Source: an uncultured Acidimicrobiia bacterium | Lineage (GTDB): Bacteria > Actinomycetota > Acidimicrobiia > IMCC26256 > JAENVU01 | Reading direction: 5' to 3' | Assembly: GCA_963770105.1 (NCBI GenBank) | Contig: CAVYOL010000002.1 | Span: 392,247 to 456,246, forward strand | Length of the DNA stretch: 64,000 nucleotides | Shown here: piece by piece, positions 9,671 through 18,998 of the stretch | How the letters are laid out: each line of letters begins with the position of its first letter | How positions within the stretch are numbered: position 1 is the stretch's first letter | Program-made: the position numbers and the translations under genes | Notes under the pieces: generated by a model | What the model was told of the DNA's origin: nothing | The model's input: the letters and a program-made list of their open reading frames with translations, nothing else | Databases searched by the model: none

Positions 9671-10369
9671 GTGGCGGACACGCCCTCTCGGGCCGATCGC
9701 GGACGCGACCGGGACGAGCGCAGGTTGGCGGTAGCTCCGTCCGAGGCGGACGACATGGTCATCGAACGTCCGCACGGCATCTACGTGCGCGTGGTGAAGC
9801 CGACGTTCGACCGGGTGGTCGGGTTCTGCATCTTCGTCGTGCTGCTCCCGCTCACCGCGGTGGTCGCGCTCGCAGTGAGGTTGTCGCTGGGCTCACCCGT
9901 GTTCTTCCGGCAGCGCCGGGTCGGCCGGGACAACCGCGAGTTCGACGTCTACAAGTTCCGCACGATGGGCCAGGACCGCCGGCGCGAGGCCGCGCCCGTG
10001 CCCCAGGACCGCCGCCAGACCCACAAGAGCGACCGCGACCCGTGTCACACGCGGGTCGGACGCTTCCTCCGGAAGTGGAGCCTGGACGAGCTGCCCCAGT
10101 TCTGGAACGTGGTGTGCGGTGACATGAGCCTGGTCGGGCCCCGCCCCGAGCTCATCGAGATCGTGTCCCGCTACGAGCCGTGGCAGCACCAGCGCCACTT
10201 CGTGAAGCCGGGGCTCACCGGCCTCTGGCAGGTCAAGGGCCGGGGCACGGGGATGATGCACCTCCACACCGACGTGGACCTCGAGTACATCGAGCAGATG
10301 GGCCCCGTCACGGATCTCAAGATCCTGCTGCTCACCATCCCCGCGACGCTGCGGCGCAGCGGGAACTAG
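9671..10369 (+). CDS. Priming sugar transferase (Bac_transf/WcaJ-like phosphoglycosyl transferase)
   Basis: [41 protein letters not shown]. Confidence 0.93.
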   Translation: MADTPSRADRGRDRDERRLAVAPSEADDMVIERPHGIYVRVVKPTFDRVVGFCIFVVLLPLTAVVALAVRLSLGSPVFFRQRRVGRDNREFDVYKFRTMGQDRRREAAPVPQDRRQTHKSDRDPCHTRVGRFLRKWSLDELPQFWNVVCGDMSLVGPRPELIEIVSRYEPWQHQRHFVKPGLTGLWQVKGRGTGMMHLHTDVDLEYIEQMGPVTDLKILLLTIPATLRRSGN

Positions 10370-10528
10370 GCACCATCGCCCACCCCTCCACGGGTGCGAT
10401 TCGCACCGGTGCAGCGCACGGATGGGTCCGGTTCCCGGGCCGGATGCCGGGTAACGTTGGCGTTCGGCTCGAGCCGCGCCACGCGCGGCCGTCCGGACCA
10501 CCCGCCCGGCCTTCCCCGGAGACCGATC

Positions 10529-11356
10529 TTGAGGACCAAGCTCGCGGAGTACTTCGACTCTGGCGACCTGACGCTCAATTTGACGCTGCGGGAGCTGCGG
10601 AGCCGGTACAAGAAGTCGTTCCTGGGCTGGACCTGGTCCCTGCTCAACCCGCTCTCGACGGTCATCGTCTACTCGATCGTCTTCGCGTTCTTCCTCAAGA
10701 TCGAGCCCCCGCGCGGTGATCCGAGCGGCTTGAAGAACTTTGCCGCATTCCTGCTCTGCGGCCTGCTCCCCTGGAACTACCTCCAGGGCGGGATGAGCGG
10801 CTCGATGGGCTCGCTGATCGGCAACGCGAACCTCATCAAGAAGGTGTACTTCCCCCGCGAGGTCTTCGTCGTCTCCGCGATCGGCTCGCTCCTGGTGTCG
10901 TTCCTGATCGAGCTCGGGGTCCTGTGCGGGATCCTCATGCTGCTCGGCAACATCGTGCTGCCCTGGATCCCGGTCGTGCTCGTGATCGTGACGATCCAGT
11001 CCTTCTTCGTCCTCGGGATCGGGTTCCTGCTGAGCGTGCTCAACGTCTACTTCCGCGACGTGCAGCACCTCGTCAACATCGCGTTGATGGCGCTCTTCTA
11101 CTCCGCGCCGATCGTGTACCCGATCACGGTCGTGCCCGCCGAGGCGCACATCGGCGGGGTGTCGATCCCGCTCGGCACGATCTACCGGCTGAACCCGCTC
11201 GTGACGCTGGTGCAGTCCTACCGGGACGCGATGTACAACCTGCGCTTCCCGCCGGTGATCTCGATCCTGTACCTGATCCTGTGGTCCGTCGTGCTGATGG
11301 GCATCGGGCTCGTCGTCTTCCAGAAGCTCGACCGCCGCCTGGCCGAAGAGGTGTGA
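10529..11356 (+). CDS. wzm: Polysaccharide ABC transporter permease (Wzm/RfbD)
   Basis: RELRSRYKKSFLGWTWSLLNPL, NLIKKVYFPRE, FRDVQHL, LNPL; TTG start after GGAG. Confidence 0.92.
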   Translation: MRTKLAEYFDSGDLTLNLTLRELRSRYKKSFLGWTWSLLNPLSTVIVYSIVFAFFLKIEPPRGDPSGLKNFAAFLLCGLLPWNYLQGGMSGSMGSLIGNANLIKKVYFPREVFVVSAIGSLLVSFLIELGVLCGILMLLGNIVLPWIPVVLVIVTIQSFFVLGIGFLLSVLNVYFRDVQHLVNIALMALFYSAPIVYPITVVPAEAHIGGVSIPLGTIYRLNPLVTLVQSYRDAMYNLRFPPVISILYLILWSVVLMGIGLVVFQKLDRRLAEEV

Positions 11357-12565
11357 CCGTGGCCGCCGCGATCACCGTCGACGGAGTCTCGAAGACCTAC
11401 CGGCTCTACCACGAGCGCAACCAGTCGCTGAAGGGCGCGGTCATGCGCCGGGCCCGGGTGAAGTACGAGTCGTTCCCCGCGCTCGACGACGTCTCGATCG
11501 AGATCCCCGCGGGCGAGACGTTCGGGCTCATCGGCGAGAACGGCTGCGGCAAGAGCACGCTGCTCAAGTGCATCGCGCGGATCCTCAACCCCGATGCCGG
11601 CACCATCCACACCGAGGGCAAGATCTCGGCGTTGCTGGAGCTGGGTGCCGGGTTCCACCCCGAGCTGTCGGGACGCGACAACGTCTACCTCAACGGCGCG
11701 ATCCTCGGGCTGTCGCAGCAAGCAGCTCAACGCCCGCTTCGACGACATCGTCGGCTTCGCCGGGCTCGAGCACTTCATCGACACCCCGGTGAAGAACTAC
11801 TCGTCGGGCATGTACGTCCGGCTCGGCTTCTCGGTCGCGATCAACGTGGACCCGGACATCCTGCTCGTCGACGAGGTCCTGGCCGTCGGCGACGAGGAGT
11901 TCCAGCGCCGCTGCTCCGAGAAGTTCGCAGAGCTCAAGCACAGCGGCAAGACCGTGGTGATCGTGTCCCACGCGCTCGGCTCGGTGCGGAACCTCTGCGA
12001 CGAGGTGGCGCTCCTCGAGCACGGCAAGCTGCTGGCCGTCGGTCCCGCCGGTGAGGTCATCGACGGGTACCTGGCCGACGTGCACGTGGACCGGGTCAAG
12101 GACGGCGAGTACGGGTCCCGGTGGGGCTCGGGCGAGGGCAAGGTCGAGAAGGTCGAGCTCCTCGGGCCCGACGGCGCCCCGGCCGGCGAGATCCACACCG
12201 GCGGGCCCCTCACCCTGCGCCTGCACTACGACATGAGCGAGCCGATCCCGCAGCCGGTGTTCGGCGTGGCGATCCAGACCCTCGAGGGCTTCACCGTCAC
12301 CGGGCCCAACACCCGCCAGGCCGGTGCGGTGCCCGACCAGCTGAGCGGCACCGGCCACGTCGACCTGCGGGTCGACCGCCTGATGCTCGCGCCGGGCACC
12401 TACGACCTGAGCGTGTCCCTGTACGACTACTCGTGCTCCCACGCGTTCGACTTCCGGTACCGCACGCTGCGGTTCGACGTCCAGCGAGGGGACCCGGTCG
12501 AAGAGCACGGCGTGATGGCGCTCGGCGGCTCCTGGGAAGGTGCCGTGAAGCCGGCGCACCAGTGA
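11353..12565 (+). CDS. wzt: Polysaccharide ABC transporter ATPase with C-terminal Wzt_C domain (frameshift ~11715)
   Basis: GENGCGKSTL Walker A, GAGFHPELSGRDN, YSSGMYVRLGF, LLVDEVLAVGD, C-terminal LAPGTYDLSV beta-sandwich. Confidence 0.92.
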
Positions 12566-13646
12566 ACGAGACGAACACGGTGGACCCGAGGGCCATCGAC
12601 CCGCGACTCGAGCTGCCGTTCGACCAGTACCAGCGCTACCAGGTGACCAAGGAGCTGTTCGAGGGCTTCAAGGTGCCGCCGGGCTCGCTCGTGCTGGAGG
12701 TGGGGGGCGGCCCGGGCCCGCTCGAGGCGTTCCTCCCCGAGTACGAGCTGATGGTCAGCGACATCTCTGGCGCCCACCTCGGCCGGTTCCTGCTCGCCGA
12801 TGGCGCGGCGCTCCCGTTCGCGGACGAGACGTTCGCCGCCGTCGTCACCCTCGACACCCTGGAGCATGTCCCGGCGCGGTTCCGCACCGAGTTCCTCGCC
12901 GAGCTGCTGCGGGTGAGCTCCGACCTCGTGATGCTCAGCGCCCCCTTCGCCAGCCCGGAGCTCGAGCTCGCCGAGGAGGCGCTCAACGAGTTCATCCGCG
13001 CCCGCTTCCAAGGCGACTTCCCGACGCTGGACGAGCACGCGCAGAACGGGCTCCCCGAGCTCGGCCCGACCACGGACGCGCTCGGCGCGGCAGGGCTTCT
13101 CGGCGGTCACGCTGCCGAGCGGCTACCTCCCGCGGTGGCTCATGGGCATGCTCGTGCACCACGAGCTGCTCGCGACCGGCCTGCCCCACCTGGGCAAGCT
13201 CCACGCGTACTACAACGCCGTCGTGTCGCCCCTCGACTGCCGGGAGCCGTCGTACCGGCACGTGATCGTCTCCGCGCGCCACCGGCCGCCGGACGAGGTC
13301 CGCGGGGTCGTTGACGCGCTGCGCGCGCCGGAGGACGCGTCGACTGGGTCAGGCCGCGCTCAACGCGATCGCGGGCGCGGTCATGACCCAGCGCCTCAAC
13401 GGCGTGGCACGCTCCGAGCTCCTCGGCCGCGAGCTCGACCAGGTGCGGGTCATCGTCGCCGCCCGCGAGCGCGAGGTGGCCGACCGCGACGCGCACATCT
13501 TCGAGCTCGAGCGCCGGCTCGCGGACATGCAGCAGCAGCTCGCGGACCAGAAGGCCGAAGCCCAGCGCCGCTGGATGCTCGGGATCCCCCACACCGCCCG
13601 CCGGGTCCGGAACAAGCTGACGAGCCCCAAGGAGACGACCCCGTAG
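12562..13646 (+). CDS. SAM-dependent methyltransferase with C-terminal coiled coil (WbdD-like architecture; two frameshifts)
   Basis: VLEVGGGPG, ADGAALPFADETF, DTLEHV; heptad-rich REREVADRDAHIFELERRLADMQQQL; basic amphipathic C-terminus. Confidence 0.75.
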
Positions 13647-16121
13647 TGAGGAAGCAGCTCGTTCCCGGAAGAGTGTCCGTCGTCGTCGTGAACTACCGCG
13701 GCGCGCCGGACACGATCGCGTGCCTGGACGCGCTCCGGGACCTCGACTACCCGGAGCTCGAGGTGATCGTCGTCGACAACGCGTCGGGCGACGGGAGCGC
13801 CGAGGTCCTGACCGCGCAGTTCCCCGACGCGAGGATCCTCGCCCTCGACGAGAACACGGGGTTCGCGGGCGGCTGCAACCACGGCGCCGCGCAGGCGACC
13901 GGTCAGTACGTGGCGTTCCTCAACAACGACGCCCGCCCGGATCCGGACTGGCTCACGGCGGCGGTCGCGGTGCTGCACGAGGACACGTCGATCGCGTGCG
14001 TGGCGAGCAAGGTCCTCGACTGGGAGGGCGAGACGGTCGACTTCGTCGACGCCGCGCTGTCCTTCTACGGTCACGGGTTCAAGCTGCACGTCGGCGCGCC
14101 GGAGTCCTCGATCCCCGACAAGGCGGCCGACATCCTGTTCGCATCGGGTGCGGCGATGGTGATGCCGACCGACGTGTTCGAGCGCGTCGGTGGGTTCGAC
14201 CCGCGGTACTTCATGTTCTTCGAGGACGTGGACCTCGGCTGGCGCCTGTGGCTGCTCGGCTACCGGGTCCGCTACGTGCCCGAGTCGCTCGTGTTCCACC
14301 GGCACCACCGCTCGATGGACAGCTACGGCGCGTGGCGCGAGCACTACCTGCTCGAGCGCAACGCGCTGTTCACGATCTACAAGAACTACGACGACGTGAA
14401 CCTCGCCCGGGTGCTGCCGGCCGCGTTGATGCTCGCGATCCGGCGCGGGATCACGCTCGGTGGCTCCGACGCCCACGAGCTGGATCTCGAACGGGGGAGC
14501 GGGGCCGAGCAGGAGCCCGACATCAGCGTCGCGAAGCAGACGCTCGCCTCGGCGTACGCGATCGACGCGCTGGTGGAGCAGATCGAGGGGCTGGCCGAGA
14601 CCCGCCGGGGCCTGCAGATGGCCCGCCGCCGCAACGATCCGGAGATCCGCGGTTGTTCCGGCTCCCGTTCCACCCGAACATCGACGACCCGCACTTCGTC
14701 GACGGCTTCAACGCGGTGGTGGATGCGTTCGGGGTGAAGGAGGGCTTCACCGAACGGCGCCACATCCTCATCGCGACCGGTGACACGCTGGCGCCCCAGA
14801 TGGCCGGCCCCGCGATCCGGGCGTGGCAGATCGCGTCCGCGCTGTGTCGGGAGCACGACGTCGAGCTCGTCACGACGATCGAGTGCCGCGACATCTCGCA
14901 CCCCGACTTCCGGGTGAGCAAGGTGACCGACCACGAGCTGAACGAGCTCGTGGCCTGGTCCGACATCACGATCTTCCAGGGCTACCTGATGAACCAGCAC
15001 CCGGCCCTGCGGGACACGAGCAAGATCGTGATCGCGGACATCTACGACCCGTTCCACCTCGAGCAGCTCGAGCAGGCGCGCGACGCCGGCGAGGCCGGCC
15101 GCCGGCTGATCGTGCGGGCGGCGACCGAGGTGCTGAACGAGCAGCTCACGCGCGGCGACCTGTTCCTGTGCGCGAGCCGCAAGCAGCGCGACTTCTGGCT
15201 CGGCCAGCTCGCGGCCGTCGGACGGGTGAACCCCGTCACCTACGACGCCGACGAGAGCATGAACGAGCTGGTGAAGGTCGTGCCGTTCGGCGTGAGCGAC
15301 GACCCGCCCCGGCACACGCGCCCGGTGCTCAAGGGGGTCGTGCCCGGCATCGGTCCCGACGATCACGTGATCCTCTGGGGCGGAGGGATCTACAACTGGT
15401 TCGACCCGCTCACCCTGCTCCGCGCGGTCGACAAGCTCCGCGCGCGCGTCCCGGGGTTCGGCTGTTCTTCCTCGGGCTGAAGCACCCGAACCCGAACGTG
15501 CCCGAGATGCGGATGGCGGTGCAGACCCGCCAGCTGAGCGACGAGCTCGGGCTGACGGACACGCACGTCTTCTTCAACGAGGGCTGGGTGGCCTACGACG
15601 ACCGCCAGAACTTCCTGCTCGAAGCCGACATCGGTGTCAGCACGCACCTCGACCACGTCGAGACCGAGTTCTCGTTCCGCACCCGCATCCTCGACTACCT
15701 CTGGGCCTCGCTCCCCGTCGTGGCGACGGGCGGCGACTCGTTCGGCGACATCATCGACGAGTACGGCGTCGGCCTCACGGTTGCGCCGGGCGATGTCGAC
15801 GCCCTGGAGGCGGCGCTCTTCCGGTTGCTCGACGAGCCCGAGCTCGCGCAGTCGTGCCGCGACGCGTCGGCCCGGCTGGCCGAGGACTACCGCTGGTCGA
15901 AGGTGCTCCTGCCGCTCATCGAGTTCTGTCGTACGCCGCGCCGCGCCCCGGACCTCGTGGACCCCGACATGGCCGCGGCGATCCCGTCCATCACGGGGAA
16001 CCGGTCGTGGATGCCGTCGGAGGTCCTCGCGGTGGCTCGGCTGGTGCGCGACGGCGACGTGCGCACCATCGTGCGCAAGACCGGCGGACGCGTGAAGCGC
16101 GCCCTCGCCGGCGACCGCTGA
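13646..16121 (+). CDS. Bifunctional GT2 + GT4 glycosyltransferase (frameshifts ~14650, ~15460)
   Basis: VSVVVVNY, VVDNASGD, NTGFAGGCN, FLNND, FFEDVDLGWR; then MAGPAIRAW, WGGGIYNWFDP, FRTRILDYLW. Confidence 0.85.
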
Positions 16122-16149
16122 CGAGGGCGCACCGCACCCGACTGCTCGT

Positions 16150-18327
16150 CTAGCTGACCTGGACGCTCCGACACCCGAGCGTCGCGTTGGCGCCGCCCAG
16201 GACGCTGAGCCCGTACGTGCACACCTGGTGTGAGCCGGGCGCCACTCCGTTCACGGTGAGGTCGTAGCCGTGCGCGTTGCCCCAGCCGTTGAACAGGGCA
16301 CCGATGTCCGCACGGTTCGTGTTGGCGGGGCCGACCAGGCGGCCGGCGCCGTCGACGTACACCGCGACGGAGATCGATGCGGCGGTGTCCGGGTCGAGCG
16401 CCCAGCCGCGCACCCGAATGCCGCCGCCTCCATCCGGAAGCGTCGCGAGATCGAGGGCACCGCGCGGGATGCCGCTCGTGCGCGTGCACCCGAGGGTGAT
16501 GTTCGGCTTCCCCCGGGAGCTGATCGCGTACGCGCACACGGTGTGGTCACCGGTGACCGGCACGGTGATGTCGAAGCCGTGCGCGTCCCCGTAGCCCGGC
16601 ATGAAGCTCGAGACGTCGGTGCGCGTCGCGTTTCGCGGTGCCGATCGCCGCGCCGACTCCGTCGACGTACACGTGGATGGGCACCGAGTTGACGGTGTCG
16701 GGATCGATGGCCCAGCCGTGGAGCAACACGGCCCCGGGTCTCCGGGTGCTGCTGTCGAGCGACCCGACGGTGTTCCCGGACAGGAACGCGCAGCCGATCT
16801 GCCGGTTGCCGCCGTTGCCGACGCTGATGCCGTACGCGCAGACGAAGTGTGGCGCCTGCGACACCGGGACCGTGACGTTGAACCCGTGCTGGCTGCCCAG
16901 CGAGGGGTAGGTCCGGCCCACGTCAGGCCGGGAGATGGAGGCCGTCGTGATCGCGGCGCCGACGCCGTCCACGTAGATGTGGACGTTGATGGGCGCGGTC
17001 GTATCCGGGTCCGCCGACCATCCGGAGACCTGAATTGCATTGGGTTGTCGGCGCGCGACCTCGAGGCTGCCCAACGGGTACCCGAAGGCGACGCGCGGTC
17101 TCACGTTCACGATGAGCTGGGAGATGATGGCTTCGCCCGCGTTCCCCGGACACGCGGTCGGGTCGCCGGAGACGCGTCCCGCGTCGCGATGGCCGATGAT
17201 CGGGTTGAGGATCGCGCCGCGGTACGCGACGGGATAGAACGGGTTGATCTGGTGGATGGACATCTTCCACGCGATCAGGTTCGCGAGCGCGTTGAACGTC
17301 GCGGCGGTGGGGGAGATGGTCCCGTAGTCGCCGATCATCGCGATGCCGGTCGTGCCCGTGTTGAACAACGTGGCGTGCGCGCCGATGACGCCACGGTCGA
17401 CGCCGCCGTAGCGACCCTCGAAGATGATCCCGTAGCGGTCGACGAGGAAGTTGTACCCGATGTCGCAGTACCCGCGGCCCTGGATGTAATAGACGTAGAT
17501 GCCGCGCACGATCGACGCGGACTGCGCGGGGGAGTACGAGTTCGACGTTGCCGTATGGTGCACCACGACGAGCTTCGGGGTGGCGTAGTCCGGTCCCTCC
17601 GGGCACGCGGCCTGGCGCAGGCTCTCGTCCGCACCCCATTGCGCGCTGGCTGACGTAGCCCGGGTTGGGCGGGAACGGCACGTCGCCCGGTGCCGCCGCG
17701 TTCGCGTTCGGCACGCCGATCAGCGCGGCCGACGCGGCCATGCCGATGATGAGCACGAGGAGCAGTGACCCGTGGCGCGAGCGCTTGGTGGAGACCGCAC
17801 CGGCTGCCGCGAACGCCATGCCGCCCGCGGCGAGCGGATTGACGTTGAGCGGGCTCTTGTTCGGTGTCGTGTCGGCCAGGCCCGGCGGGGAGCCGACCGC
17901 GACGATGTGGACGTTGTGCACGTTGCCGTGGGTCACGCGGCAGGCGTACCTGCGCCGCGTTGTCCGTGACCTGCACCGGCTCGCTCGAGAACCCGGCCCC
18001 GATCCGGCGGGCGGCGTTGCGCGCCTCGGCGCTCCCCGGGTCGGCGCCGCCGTCCGGCGCGCTCACCGTCCCCTGTGGGTACCACTTGCCGCCCTTGACC
18101 CGGGCCTGGACCTGGAACTTCGCGGACCCGTCGCCGGACCACTGGACGCCGACGATGTTCGTGTCCGACGGGACGGTGGGCGCCGCCGACTGGTCACCGG
18201 TGTGGGCGACGTCCACCGCGGTCTTCTGCATCGTGGTGGGAGGGGCCGAGGGCCCGGCTCCGGCGGCGAACGCGGGGAGGAGCGCGCCCAGGCCCGCGAC
18301 GATCAGGACGAACAGGATTCGGCGCAT
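16150..18327 (-). CDS. Secreted N-acetylmuramoyl-L-alanine amidase (Amidase_2/PGRP type) with three C-terminal GWAxDPD repeats (frameshifted)
   Basis: Signal peptide; QWGADES, VVHHTAT, DIGYNFLVDRYG..FEGR, GAHA..FN, GHRD, TACPG (His/His/Cys Zn ligands). Confidence 0.85.
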
Positions 18328-18356
18328 GGGGGGCCACCTTAGGAGGTGGCCGCGAG

Positions 18357-18965
18357 CTAACGCTTCGCGCCTCTGACCAGCGGTTTCCGGTCGCCGAAGC
18401 GGGTGGTGGCGTAGACCCGCTCCGGGATGACGACCGGAATGTCCGGATTCTCCCTGAACTCGATCTCGACCCCGAACTCGAGCACGACGCCCTTCAGGTA
18501 CCGCACCGCGAAGTCGAGCGAGAAGCCCGCCGCGTCCATCTCGGCGACCACCTCGGGCGGGATCACGTAGACGATCCGGTTCAGCTGCCAGCGACCGCCG
18601 AGCATGCCGAGGAACACGTCACGGTGCGAGACGCAGAAGTGCTGCCACGGCTCCTCGGTGAGGAAGTGCAGGTGGCCGTACAGGAACGCCTCGTTGGTGA
18701 AGGCGTAGGGAGTCCAGAACTCGATGCGGGCGCCGTCCTTCGCGATGCGACCGATCTCGCTGAAGACGTGGTTCGGCTCCTCGATGTGCTCGAGGAAGTG
18801 GGCCGAGAAGACGGCGTCGACGGAGCGGTCCTCGAAGGGATAGCGGTCGGCGGTGAGGTCGAGGACGTGGTCGACCTGCTCCATCTCGACGTAGTCGAGG
18901 CCGATGTATCCCTCTTTCTTGGCGTTGCCGCAACCGAGGTCGATCTGCACTGGCATGGCGGTCAT
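18357..18965 (-). CDS. Class I SAM-dependent methyltransferase
   Basis: IDLGCG, YPFEDRSVD, HFLEH. Confidence 0.85.
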   Translation of the reverse strand: MTAMPVQIDLGCGNAKKEGYIGLDYVEMEQVDHVLDLTADRYPFEDRSVDAVFSAHFLEHIEEPNHVFSEIGRIAKDGARIEFWTPYAFTNEAFLYGHLHFLTEEPWQHFCVSHRDVFLGMLGGRWQLNRIVYVIPPEVVAEMDAAGFSLDFAVRYLKGVVLEFGVEIEFRENPDIPVVIPERVYATTRFGDRKPLVRGAKR

Positions 18966-18998
18966 CGTAGAGGCTCGACCCCGCCGAATTGGTGACGG

